Shown here: in pieces, positions 1 through 8,881 of the stretch | Layout: each line of letters opens with the position of its first letter | Position numbering within the stretch: the stretch's first letter is position 1 | Assembly (NCBI GenBank): GCA_944350325.1 | Contig: CALVOS010000025.1 | Location: forward strand, 1-52,924 | DNA length: 52,924 bases | From: an uncultured Bacilli bacterium | GTDB taxonomy: Bacteria; Bacillota_I; Bacilli_A; RFN20; CAG-826 | Direction: 5' to 3' | Notes under the pieces: model-generated | What the model was told of the DNA's origin: nothing | The model's input: only the letters and a program-made list of their open reading frames with translations | Databases searched by the model: none | Program-made: the position numbers and the translations under genes

Positions 1-38
1 ATGCTCCCGGCCATCCTTTCGACGGAGGCAAAGGAAAA

Positions 39-64
39 CGGGCTAGGCAGCGCTGCCTAGCCCG
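39..64. terminator. 26-nt perfect palindrome / terminator-like hairpin
   Basis: CGGGCTAGGCAGC|GCTGCCTAGCCCG read directly. It is flanked by AAAA (35-38) on the left and only TT on the right, so the U-tract is better on the minus strand. It may end an off-window plus-strand gene (frame-1 TAG at 58-60). Confidence 0.4.
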
Positions 65-216
65 TTCATTGGACCCTGACCTTTTTTGTTTCCCCCTTGT
101 CAACTACTTGACTTGGGGTCCACTTCACCTCGGGGCGCCTTTTTCTTTCTCGTCCCGGAAGTATATGAGCCCTTCCGCGGGTTATAATCCGCCCGCTAGG
201 AAAAGGACGGGAAGAC

Positions 217-1413
217 ATGCATATTCAGGAAATCGCAAAGGACCTCTACTACGTAGGGGTGATCGACCACTCTCTCAAGGTATTCGACGTCGCCATCCTC
301 ACGGAGTATGGGACATCCTATAACTCCTATCTCCTCCGGACGAAGGAGGGGTTCCTCCTCTTTGAGGGGAGCAAGGAGGCCTTCGGGGAGGAGCAGATCG
401 CCCACATCGAGGAAATCTGCCCCCTCAAGGAGATCTCCTATCTCTTCGTCACCCACACCGAGCCCGACCATTCCGGGGCGATCCACCTGCTCCTGGAAAA
501 GAACCCGGAGCTCACCGTCGTCGCGAGCGGGCCCGCGCTTATGAACCTTCAGAAGATCCTCCGGAGGCCTTTCAAGAAAGTGCAGATGACCCCGGGGAAG
601 GACATGGAGATCGGCGGCTACACCTTCTCCTTCGTGCCTGGGACGAACCTCCATTGGCCGGACGTGATGTTCACCTATATCCATGAGCTGAAGGCCCTCG
701 TCTCCTGCGACGCGTTCGGCGCGCATTTCGCAAGCGACGCGGTCTTCCTCTCGAAGGAACCCGATAAGGAGGGCTACTACAAGGCGCTCCGCTACTACTT
801 CGAGAACATCATGGGCCCCTTCCCCTCCTTCGTGATCAAGGCGTGCGACCTCGTCGAGAAGCTCGACATCTCGCTCATCCTCCCCGGGCACGGGTGCATC
901 ATCGACGAGAACCCGATGGAACAGGTGAGGCTATATCGCCGCCTCGCCGAGGAAGGGCTTCCCAAGAACGATCCGAACCTCGTCACCATCTGCGCCGCCT
1001 CTGCCTACGGCTATACGAAGGAGCTCGCGGAACGGACCGCGAAGTTCCTTGAGGAGCGGGGGAAGGAGGTCCGCCTCCATATCATCGACGCGCTGAACTA
1101 CCAGGAGGAGAAGCCCCTTGTCCTTCAAGACATCCTTCATTCCGGGATGTTCCTCCTTGGTTCCCCGACTCTCGCGGGGGACGCGATCGTCCTCTTCTAC
1201 GACATCCTGAACGGACTTCCCTGGACCAAGGCCCAGGGGAAGACCGCCTCCGCCTTCGGGGACTACGGCTGGAGCGGAGAAGCCGTCCCGAACCTCAGCG
1301 AGAGGCTGAGGCAGCTGAAGTGCAGGGTTCTTCCTGGCTTCCGCGCGAACTTCCGAATGGACGAGGCCCAGGAGGAGGAATTCTCCCGCTGGCTGGAGTC
1401 GCTTCTCGCCTAA
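217..1413 (+). CDS. flavodiiron protein (FprA-type O2/NO reductase)
   Basis: 398-aa ORF. The N-terminal metallo-beta-lactamase-like domain has the H-x-E-x-D-H diiron motif (VTHTEPDHSG). The C-terminal domain is flavodoxin-like (TICAASAYGYTKELAE...LLGSPT). TATAAT at 183-188 gives a leader of about 28 nt. Confidence 0.85.
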   Translation: MHIQEIAKDLYYVGVIDHSLKVFDVAILTEYGTSYNSYLLRTKEGFLLFEGSKEAFGEEQIAHIEEICPLKEISYLFVTHTEPDHSGAIHLLLEKNPELTVVASGPALMNLQKILRRPFKKVQMTPGKDMEIGGYTFSFVPGTNLHWPDVMFTYIHELKALVSCDAFGAHFASDAVFLSKEPDKEGYYKALRYYFENIMGPFPSFVIKACDLVEKLDISLILPGHGCIIDENPMEQVRLYRRLAEEGLPKNDPNLVTICAASAYGYTKELAERTAKFLEERGKEVRLHIIDALNYQEEKPLVLQDILHSGMFLLGSPTLAGDAIVLFYDILNGLPWTKAQGKTASAFGDYGWSGEAVPNLSERLRQLKCRVLPGFRANFRMDEAQEEEFSRWLESLLA

Positions 1414-1429
1414 GGCGGGAGGGATAGGG

Positions 1430-1452
1430 AAAGGAGGCGTCGGCCTCCTTTT
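1430..1452. terminator. bidirectional intrinsic terminator between convergent genes
   Basis: AAA-GGAGGC-gtcg-GCCTCC-TTTT: 6-bp GC stem and 4-nt loop, with an A-run and a T-run on either side. Confidence 0.6.
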
Positions 1453-2639
1453 CATTCGACCTTGATCCGGACGATCTCCTCCTGCCTTCCGGCGATGATG
1501 CGCGGGACTCCTTCGATGATCGCGACGTCGGTCTCAAGTCGCATCCCGAAGTCCGGCGCATAGATCCCTGGCTCGATCGAGAAGGAGGTCCCGTCCATCA
1601 GGATCCTCTCGTCGTGGGTCTCGTAGTCATCGAGGTTCGTCCCTCTTCCGTGAGGCCCTTCGTCCCCGGCGATGGAGTGGCCCGTCCGATGGGTGAAGTA
1701 GTCCCCGTAGCCTGCCTGCGCGATATGGTCGCGGGTGACCCTGTCCGCCTCGAAGCCCCGGACGGGACGCCTCGGGAGGTTCTCCTTCAGGAAGGCGAAG
1801 CAGGAGTCGGAGGCCTCGCGAAGGATTGAGAAGCGTCTCCGATACGCATCCGATGGATCATCTCCGGCGTATGCCATCCACGTGATATCCGCGTAGATCG
1901 AGCCTTCAATCCTTGATTTCGCCCATAGGTCCACAAGAATGAGGTCTCCTTTCCGAATCCGGGAATGGCACGCTTCCGTGGGGGCGTAGTGCGGGCTTCT
2001 GGCATTCGTCCCGATCGCGACGATCGGGGGCTCGTCGGTCACGTACCCTTCCTTCTCGAAGAGATCCATGAGGAAGCGCTGGACGTGGAGCTCGTCGCTT
2101 TCCCCGTGGTTCTGGATATCCCTTCCGATCAGGGAGAAAGCCCGGTCTTTCGCTTCCAGGAGGAAGGAGGCCGCCTTCCTCTGGCTGCAAGACCCTTCCT
2201 CGTCGATATGGGAGAGAATCGTCGAAAGAAGGGAGGCTGCGCTCCTGATGTCCCTTCCCTGGTCGATGAGGAAACGGACGGTCCCGTAGTCCGCGAGGGA
2301 GATCGGCATCAGCGACCCGTTCTCGCTTATGTCCATGAGAATCGGGCCCTCGACCTTGGCGGTGAGAAGAAGAAGCAGGTCCAGCTGCTCCCTCCACGTA
2401 CGGTAGGGAACGATCTTCCCTTTGAATCCGGACGAGGAGAGGAGCGAGGCGTCTAGCGCCTGCGCGAGGACGACGAGGCTCCCGTCCTTCCCGAAGAGGA
2501 AGAAGGACTTCCTCGTGAGGTTGAGATGGCCCTGGAGGCGGGGGAGGAGCGGATGCCTTCCCTCATAGTCCACGAGGAGATAGGCGCCTCCCCCCAGGGA
2601 GCCGATCCATTCCTTCATTTCCGTTCGGATGTCTTTCAT
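1452..2639 (-). CDS. M24 metallopeptidase (Xaa-Pro aminopeptidase-like)
   Basis: Pita-bread fold motifs: GDLILVDLWA, THRTGHSIAG, FSIEPGIY. The track ORF runs to 2783, but that extension overlaps the divergent GH2 gene. The internal ATG at 2639 (MKDIRTEMKEW) is preceded by AAGGAG. Confidence 0.8.
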   Translation of the reverse strand: MKDIRTEMKEWIGSLGGGAYLLVDYEGRHPLLPRLQGHLNLTRKSFFLFGKDGSLVVLAQALDASLLSSSGFKGKIVPYRTWREQLDLLLLLTAKVEGPILMDISENGSLMPISLADYGTVRFLIDQGRDIRSAASLLSTILSHIDEEGSCSQRKAASFLLEAKDRAFSLIGRDIQNHGESDELHVQRFLMDLFEKEGYVTDEPPIVAIGTNARSPHYAPTEACHSRIRKGDLILVDLWAKSRIEGSIYADITWMAYAGDDPSDAYRRRFSILREASDSCFAFLKENLPRRPVRGFEADRVTRDHIAQAGYGDYFTHRTGHSIAGDEGPHGRGTNLDDYETHDERILMDGTSFSIEPGIYAPDFGMRLETDVAIIEGVPRIIAGRQEEIVRIKVE

Positions 2640-2669
2640 AGGGCTCCTTCCCGTGAAACGCCTTCGCTT

Positions 2670-2678
2670 TGGTAAGAT
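2670..2678 (+). promoter_or_regulatory. extended -10 (TGGTAAGAT), leaderless-type promoter
   Basis: The hexamer TAAGAT ends 6 nt before the ATG at 2685. There is no SD in between. Confidence 0.5.
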
Positions 2679-2684
2679 TAGCCC

Positions 2685-4421
2685 ATGTTCTTCCCCGACG
2701 ACAGCGAAAGGATCGCCCGGGACTACGGCGGCCATCCGGACCCGTATTTCGTAAGAAAGCCGTTCCTCCTCCTTGACGGGCAATGGGAGTTTTCCGTCAC
2801 GCCGGAGGAGAGGATGCCACTCGTCTATCCGAAGGAGATCCGCGTTCCCTACGCGCCGGAGTGCAAGAGGTCAGGGCTCGGGATCATCGTCCGGAAGGGG
2901 TCTTTCCTCCATTATCGGAAGGAGGTCCAGGTCCCGCGGGAATGGATAGGAAGGAAAGGGCTTCTCAAGTTCATGGCGGTTGACCAGGTCGCTGACGTCT
3001 ATTGGAACGGCGCCCGTGTCCGTCACCACGAGGGCGGCTACTTCCCCTTCAGCGCCCAGGTCTCCTTCCTTGGGCGAAGGAACGTCCTCGAGGTCGTGGC
3101 GAGGGACGATGTCGAGGATCCTCGCTTCTACCGTGGGAAGCAGTGGAACCGGCCGGGAGGAATCTACTATCGCGAGACTTCCGGAATCTGGCAGAGCGTC
3201 ATCCTCGAGCTTCTCCCGGAAGGACCCTTCATAAAGGCGATCCAGGTCGAGCCCGTCTACGACCAGCGCTCCGTGAACGTGTTCCTGGATTCTTCCGAGG
3301 AAATGACGGAGGGGGCCTGGGCCGAGTGCTTCCTTGATGGGCGAAAGGTCGGGGAATCCCCCTTCGACGAGAACCTCGGGGCGAGGATCGACCTTCGCTA
3401 CGAGTTCTATCCTTGGTCCTTCGAGCATCCGGCCGTCTATGACCTCCTCATCCATTACGGGGAGGATCTCGTCCGGAGCAGCTTCCTGTTCCGGAAGGTG
3501 GAGCGGTCCCGTGCGAAGGAGGACCCTCTCCTCCTGCTCAATGGAACCCCCCGGTACCTTTCCCTTGTCCTTGACCAGGGCTATTACGGCGATGGCGGCA
3601 TGACCGGGACCATCGAGGAGATGGCCGACGACCTACTAGTCGCCAAGCGCGCGGGCTTCCATGGGGTGAGGAAGCATATGAAGATCGAGCCTCCCGTCTT
3701 CTACCACATGGCCGCCAGGCTCGGACTCGCCGTGATGCAGGACGTTCCTGCGGGCGGGGAGCCGGTTCCTTTCTTCCGGAACAGCCTGCTCGGGCTTCTA
3801 GGAGGGGACAGGGACGATGTGGCGAACCCCCGCCTAGGGAGGAGGTCCGCCTCCGGCCGGGCCGCCTTCGAGCGAGACCTGGACCTATATCTCGCCCTCA
3901 CGCGTCGCTATGGGGCAATCCTTGCCCATGTTCTCTTCAACGAAGGATGGGGACAGTTCGACACAAAGAGGCTCACGGAGCATATCTCGCGTCGCTCGCC
4001 AGGCTTCCTCATCGAGTCTGCCTCGGGATGGTTCGACAAGGGATGCGGGGACATCCGCGGATATCACCATTACTTCGGCTATCCTGTTCCAAGGAAGGAG
4101 GAGCGGCTCCTCGCGATCTCGGAGTTCGGGGGAGTCGGCTATTTCAAGCCGATGCACCTTGCCGTCTGGAGGCCCGCTTTCACGGAGAAGGGGCTCGTTC
4201 GATCATTGAGGCGCGTGTTCGCTCACATTAGGCGGGACATCGAGCGATCCGGCGTAGCCCTGAGTGTCTACACCCAGCTCGCGGACGTGGAGAACGAGAC
4301 GAACGGGATCCTGGACGAGTCGCGCACGGAATGCAGGTTCCCGCTGGAGGAGCTAAGGAGGCTCAACCTTTCGCTCCGCGAGGCCTACGAGAGGCGGTGC
4401 CTAGAAGAGGGCAGGGAATGA
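2685..4421 (+). CDS. glycoside hydrolase family 2-like enzyme
   Basis: 578 aa. The N-terminal sugar-binding region has LLLDGQWEFS and GGYFPFSAQV. TIM-barrel region motifs: GFHGVRKHMKIEP and LFNEGWGQ (NE acid/base). Confidence 0.7.
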   Translation: MFFPDDSERIARDYGGHPDPYFVRKPFLLLDGQWEFSVTPEERMPLVYPKEIRVPYAPECKRSGLGIIVRKGSFLHYRKEVQVPREWIGRKGLLKFMAVDQVADVYWNGARVRHHEGGYFPFSAQVSFLGRRNVLEVVARDDVEDPRFYRGKQWNRPGGIYYRETSGIWQSVILELLPEGPFIKAIQVEPVYDQRSVNVFLDSSEEMTEGAWAECFLDGRKVGESPFDENLGARIDLRYEFYPWSFEHPAVYDLLIHYGEDLVRSSFLFRKVERSRAKEDPLLLLNGTPRYLSLVLDQGYYGDGGMTGTIEEMADDLLVAKRAGFHGVRKHMKIEPPVFYHMAARLGLAVMQDVPAGGEPVPFFRNSLLGLLGGDRDDVANPRLGRRSASGRAAFERDLDLYLALTRRYGAILAHVLFNEGWGQFDTKRLTEHISRRSPGFLIESASGWFDKGCGDIRGYHHYFGYPVPRKEERLLAISEFGGVGYFKPMHLAVWRPAFTEKGLVRSLRRVFAHIRRDIERSGVALSVYTQLADVENETNGILDESRTECRFPLEELRRLNLSLREAYERRCLEEGRE

Positions 4422-5209
4422 TCAAGGCGATCTTCTTCGATATCGACGGTACGCTCTTCGATAACAGCGCGAGGCGTTTCTCCCCTCGTTCGGTCGCCGC
4501 GCTGAAGAGCCTTAAGGAACGGAGGCCGGACGTCCTCCTCTTCCTATCAACGGCGAGGCCCTATGACTCCTTCCGCCGCATCGGGACGCTGGATCTTGGG
4601 ATACCTTGGGACGGCTATATCGCTTCCTCCGGCTCCCTCGTCACCTGGGGCGAGAGGATCGTCCACATGGACGAAATCGACCCTCTTAATGTACGTGTAT
4701 TCATTAAATCCGCGCGAATCCTTGGTCTTTCCTTTGAAATCGTCATGGCTAAGGAAAGAATCCGGATCGGAGGGGATACTCCCGAGGCCTTGGAGTTCTA
4801 CTCTCATTTCGAGGAAGGAAACCCGCCTACGCGACCCTACCGCGGGGAGCAGGCGATCGCGATGAATCTGTTCAGCCCGCCTTCGACGGACCCGCTCATC
4901 CGGCGGATGAACCCTCGCCTTACTTTCGATCGCTACACCCCATTTTCCGTCGACGTGATCTCTCGCCCTCATGACAAGGGGCCCGCGGTCTCACTCCTTC
5001 TTTCGGAACTCGGCATTTCCAAGGAGGAGGCCATGGGCTTCGGAGACGATGTCACGGACCTTGGGATGGCTCGGGCGGTCGGCACTTTCGTCGCGATGGG
5101 GAACGCGAAGGATGAGCTGAAGAAGGAATCCGACTACGTCGCCCGGCCTGTCTTTGAGGAGGGAGTGCTGGACGGGCTTCAAAAGTTTGGGCTCCTGCCC
5201 CTTCTTTAG
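4418..5209 (+). CDS. Cof-type HAD-IIB phosphatase
   Basis: The start MIKAIFFDIDGTLFD carries the DxDGT motif. The C-terminal FGDDVTDLGM...GNA motif is present. The ATG overlaps the GH2 stop (ATGA). Confidence 0.8.
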   Translation: MIKAIFFDIDGTLFDNSARRFSPRSVAALKSLKERRPDVLLFLSTARPYDSFRRIGTLDLGIPWDGYIASSGSLVTWGERIVHMDEIDPLNVRVFIKSARILGLSFEIVMAKERIRIGGDTPEALEFYSHFEEGNPPTRPYRGEQAIAMNLFSPPSTDPLIRRMNPRLTFDRYTPFSVDVISRPHDKGPAVSLLLSELGISKEEAMGFGDDVTDLGMARAVGTFVAMGNAKDELKKESDYVARPVFEEGVLDGLQKFGLLPLL

Positions 5210-5223
5210 AGGAGCGCATTCGC

Positions 5224-5229
5224 TAGAAT
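5224..5229 (+). promoter_or_regulatory. -10 hexamer TAGAAT, leaderless-type promoter
   Basis: Lies 8 nt upstream of the in-frame GTG at 5238. No SD. Confidence 0.4.
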
Positions 5230-5237
5230 CTCGCCTT

Positions 5238-7859
5238 GTGAAAGAACTTGATCAGCGCCGCGCCCCCTTCCTCGAGGCGATGGAGGAGTATCGCCGGGAG
5301 GACGTCGCGCCCTTCGACGTGCCCGGCCATCACCTTTCGGGGGCGAGGAACCACGCCTCCCGCATCATCGGGGAGGAGTGCTTCCGGAACGACGAGAACG
5401 CCCCTATAGGGCTGGATAACCTTTCCCGCCCTACGGGCGCCATCAAGGAGGCCCAGGAGCTCATGGCCGCCCAGTGCGGGGCGGACGACGCCTTCTTTCT
5501 CGTGAATGGGACGACGGGCGGGATCCTGACGATGTTCCTCGCTTCCCTTAAGGCGGGGGAGAAGGTCATCCTTCCGCGGAACGTCCATAAGTCCGTCGTG
5601 AACGGCCTCATCCTATCCGGCGCGGTGCCCGTGTACGTGATGCCGGAAGTTGATCCAAACCTCGAGATCGCGAACCAGCCGACCCTGGCAAGCTACCGTA
5701 AGGCCATTCTCCGCCACCCTTCCGCGAAGGCCGTCTTCCTCATCAACCCCACTTATTTCGGGGATGTCCCTCCTTTGAAGGAGGTTGTCGAGCTCGCCCA
5801 TTCCCACCGGATGGCGGTGCTCGTGGACGAGGCCCACGGGGCGCATTACTACTTCCACGCCAAAGGAAGCCCCATGAGCGCGATGGATGCGGGCGCCGAC
5901 ATGTCCTCCCTCTCGGTCCACAAGACCGGGGGCTCCCTCACGCAAAGCTCGGTGCTTCTCCTTAGGAGGGGCATCTACCAGCCCTCCGACGTGAGGAAGG
6001 CGCTGAACATCCTTACCTCAACCTCCCCTTCCTCCCTGCTCCTGGCATCCCTTGACGGGGCCCGGGCCTATATGGCGAGCGAGGAGGGGAGAAGAAGGCA
6101 GGAGGAGGTCATGGCCCTCGCCCGGTACGCAAGGGAGGAGATCGCGAAGATCCCAGGCTTCGTCCCGGAGACAAAGGAGCGCTACCTCGCTCGCGGGGCC
6201 TTCGACTACGACGAGACGAAGCTCCTCATCGGGCTCGAAGGGCTCGACATCAACGGATTCGAGGTCTTCCGCCTCCTTCGGGAGAGGCATGGGGTGCAGA
6301 TGGAGCTCAGCGAGACCTACGCGCTTCTTGGCATCTTCGCGATCGGGAGCGAGAAGGAACACGTGGAGCGCCTGCTCCATGGGCTCAGGGAGATCTCGAA
6401 GGAGCACTTCAAAGGGGAGGTCAGCTACCCTGTCCACAACTTCATCTCCGGCAATCCCTTCATGCTTGTCCGCCCCAGGAGCGCCTTCCATGCCCCTGGC
6501 AGGGTCGTGCCAATCGAGGAGCTGGACGGAGAGATCAGCAAGGAGCAGGTCATGATGTACCCGCCCGGAATCCCCATCATCTCCCCGGGAGAGGTATGGA
6601 GCGAGGAGCTGATCCGGAAGGTCAAGGTCCTCATGGCGGGAGGGGTCACTCTCCTGAAGAGCTATCCGGAAGGGTTCGAGATCATCGACCGCGACTCGTG
6701 GAAGCGCTACCCCATGGTCCAGCGGAAGCTCGAGGACTATCGGGAGAACCGTCTCACTATCCCGCTTCAGGATGGCTATTCCCTGCCCTTTGAGGGGGAC
6801 GAGCACGAGTGCACCTTCCTCCTCGTTCCCTTCCGCGCGGACACATGGCGCGAGCATGGTCTCCCCGCGCAGGAGAACTACCTTGAGGTCGCCAAGGCGA
6901 TCGCGCGGCATGAGAAGGTCAGGGTCGGCATCCATCCCTCGATCCGGAGGAAGGTAGGGCCGATGTTCGAGGGCCACGAGAACATCGAGACGTTCTCCAT
7001 TCGCTATAACGATGCCTGGGCAAGGGACTCGCTCCCGCTTTTCGTCGCGAACGGGAAGGGGGGCGTCCGGGCCGTGGACTTCCGCTTCAACGCCTGGGGC
7101 GGGGACTACGATGGGCTCTACTCCAACTACAAGGACGACGACAGGATCTCGCGGATCCTCTCCCGGAGGATGAGGATGCTTTCCTACGAGCACCCCACCT
7201 TCGTCCTCGAGGGCGGCTCGATCGCCGTCGATGGGGAGGGTACGCTCATCGCCACGGAGGCCTGTTTGCTCTCGAAGGGGAGGAACCCCTCCTTGCGGCG
7301 CGTCGAGATCGAGGAGGTCCTCCGGGAATACCTAGGGGTGGAGAAGATCGTGTGGGTTCCCCACGGGATCTACGAGGACGAGACGGACGAGCACATCGAC
7401 AACATGGTCGCCTTCGTCCGTCCCGGGGTGCTCGCCCTGGCGTGGACGGAAAATCGGGAAGACCCGCAGTACGAGTACTGCCGGCTGACCTACGAGGCGC
7501 TTCTGGAGGCGAGGGACGCAAAGGGGAGGGCCTTCGAAATCCACAATGTGCCTCTTCCCGACCCTGCCCTATACATCAGCGAACGCGAGGCAAGGGACGT
7601 CAGCGCGACGAGGACGACCCGGGACAAGAGGCTCGCGGGCAGAAGGCTTGCCGCAAGCTACGTCAACTTCTACCAAGGAAAGGACTTCGTGATTCTCCCT
7701 GCCTTCCATGTGAAGGAGGACGAGGAGGCCTTTTCCGTCATCCAGGGTCTCTTTCCTGAGAAAGAGGTGCATCAGGTCTATTCCCGGGAGATACTTTTGG
7801 GAGGGGGCAACATCCACTGCATCACGATGCAGCTCCCGAAGGGGAGAGGAAGGAGATAG
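5238..7859 (+). CDS. fusion protein: arginine decarboxylase (SpeA-type Orn/Lys/Arg decarboxylase) - agmatine deiminase (AguA)
   Basis: One uninterrupted ORF. The N-terminal ~480 aa carry FDVPGHH, LPRNVHKS, INPTYFG, VDEAHGAH and SVHKTGGSLTQSS (PLP lysine). From about nt 6780 the sequence is agmatine deiminase-like: FLLVPFRADTW, RYNDAWARDS, EGGSI, DEHIDNM and the catalytic GGNIHCITMQ. The start is uncertain; I chose the GTG at 5238 because conserved N-terminal residues (RAPFLEA) lie upstream of the first ATG. Confidence 0.8.
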   Translation: MKELDQRRAPFLEAMEEYRREDVAPFDVPGHHLSGARNHASRIIGEECFRNDENAPIGLDNLSRPTGAIKEAQELMAAQCGADDAFFLVNGTTGGILTMFLASLKAGEKVILPRNVHKSVVNGLILSGAVPVYVMPEVDPNLEIANQPTLASYRKAILRHPSAKAVFLINPTYFGDVPPLKEVVELAHSHRMAVLVDEAHGAHYYFHAKGSPMSAMDAGADMSSLSVHKTGGSLTQSSVLLLRRGIYQPSDVRKALNILTSTSPSSLLLASLDGARAYMASEEGRRRQEEVMALARYAREEIAKIPGFVPETKERYLARGAFDYDETKLLIGLEGLDINGFEVFRLLRERHGVQMELSETYALLGIFAIGSEKEHVERLLHGLREISKEHFKGEVSYPVHNFISGNPFMLVRPRSAFHAPGRVVPIEELDGEISKEQVMMYPPGIPIISPGEVWSEELIRKVKVLMAGGVTLLKSYPEGFEIIDRDSWKRYPMVQRKLEDYRENRLTIPLQDGYSLPFEGDEHECTFLLVPFRADTWREHGLPAQENYLEVAKAIARHEKVRVGIHPSIRRKVGPMFEGHENIETFSIRYNDAWARDSLPLFVANGKGGVRAVDFRFNAWGGDYDGLYSNYKDDDRISRILSRRMRMLSYEHPTFVLEGGSIAVDGEGTLIATEACLLSKGRNPSLRRVEIEEVLREYLGVEKIVWVPHGIYEDETDEHIDNMVAFVRPGVLALAWTENREDPQYEYCRLTYEALLEARDAKGRAFEIHNVPLPDPALYISEREARDVSATRTTRDKRLAGRRLAASYVNFYQGKDFVILPAFHVKEDEEAFSVIQGLFPEKEVHQVYSREILLGGGNIHCITMQLPKGRGRR

Positions 7860-7861
7860 GG

Positions 7862-8731
7862 ATGAGAAAGGTTCGCGTCTGCGTCGCCCAGTACAGCGTT
7901 CCGGAGATATATGAGGAAGCGATCGAGAAGGCGGAGACCTTCTGCAAGATCGCCTGGAGGCTCGATGCGAAGATTCTCCTCCTGCCGGAGCTATTCGAGG
8001 GCCATTACTTCTGCCAGGACGAGGACTATCGGAACTTTGATCGGGCCGAGACCATAAAATCCTCGGAAACGCTGGATCATTTCCGGGATATTGCGAGCAA
8101 GTACAGGCTTGTCATCCCCGTGTCCTTCTTCGAGAGGGCCGGGAACTGCTACTACAACTCCCTTGCCACGATCGACGCCAACGGGAAGATCGTGGGGCTA
8201 TACCGGAAGAGTCACATACCGACCGGGGAGTGCTACGAGGAAAAGTTCTACTTCACTCCCGGGAACACAGGCTTCGTGGCGCCCAAGACGGCCTACGGAA
8301 GGATCGGGACGGCCATCTGCTGGGACCAGTGGTTCCCCGAGACCGCGCGGTCGATCGCCCTTGCCGGGGCGGAGATGCTGCTGTTCCCGACCGCGATCGG
8401 AAGCGAACCCGTCCTTCCCCGGGACAGCAGGGACCATTGGCGGAACGTCATGATCGGCCATGCCGCGGCGAACATGATGCCCGTTCTTGCCGCCAACCGC
8501 ATTGGCACGGAGAAGGGCAAGCAGGGGGAGATGACGTTCTACGGCTCCTCCTTCATCGCGGACTGGACGGGAAAGATCGTCCAGGAGGCGGGAAGGGACG
8601 AGGAGACCGCGCTCGTCCATGAGTTCGATCTCGACGAGATTTTCGAGGAGAGGAGGAACTGGGGGGTTTTCCGCGACCGCCGGACCGACCTATACAAGGG
8701 CCTTCTCTCGAACGGGCGGGAGGAGGACTAG
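7862..8731 (+). CDS. aguB: N-carbamoylputrescine amidase (CN-hydrolase)
   Basis: Motifs LLPELFEGHYFCQ, YRKSHIP, EKFYFTPGN, ICWDQWFPE (catalytic Cys) and PTAIGSEP. GGAG lies 7 nt upstream of the ATG. Confidence 0.88.
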   Translation: MRKVRVCVAQYSVPEIYEEAIEKAETFCKIAWRLDAKILLLPELFEGHYFCQDEDYRNFDRAETIKSSETLDHFRDIASKYRLVIPVSFFERAGNCYYNSLATIDANGKIVGLYRKSHIPTGECYEEKFYFTPGNTGFVAPKTAYGRIGTAICWDQWFPETARSIALAGAEMLLFPTAIGSEPVLPRDSRDHWRNVMIGHAAANMMPVLAANRIGTEKGKQGEMTFYGSSFIADWTGKIVQEAGRDEETALVHEFDLDEIFEERRNWGVFRDRRTDLYKGLLSNGREED

Positions 8732-8826
8732 GGCCAGAGGATCAAAAGCAGGAGGATCGTGACGGCGATCCCTCCCAAAAGGCCAGGCAGGAGATAGAGA
8801 AGCCAGCCTTTCCCGCGGTTTTTCAT
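8728..8826 (-). CDS. candidate 32-aa small membrane protein
   Basis: Hand translation: MKNRGKGWLLYLLPGLLGGIAVTILLLLILWP*. It has a basic N-terminus and one hydrophobic helix. A GATAAT -10 sits 6 nt upstream of the ATG. It is too short for the ORF track. Confidence 0.35.
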   Translation of the reverse strand: MKNRGKGWLLYLLPGLLGGIAVTILLLLILWP

Positions 8827-8832
8827 GCCCGG

Positions 8833-8838
8833 ATTATC
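8833..8838 (-). promoter_or_regulatory. -10 hexamer GATAAT, leaderless-type
   Basis: Lies 6 nt upstream of the ATG at 8826 on the minus strand. Confidence 0.3.
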
Positions 8839-8866
8839 CCACCGCCTCTCGGCGAGGGTGGATTTT

Positions 8867-8875
8867 TGGTAGGAT
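8867..8875 (+). promoter_or_regulatory. extended -10 (TGGTAGGAT), leaderless-type promoter
   Basis: The hexamer ends 6 nt before the ATG at 8882. No SD. Confidence 0.5.
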
Positions 8876-8881
8876 GGCGCC

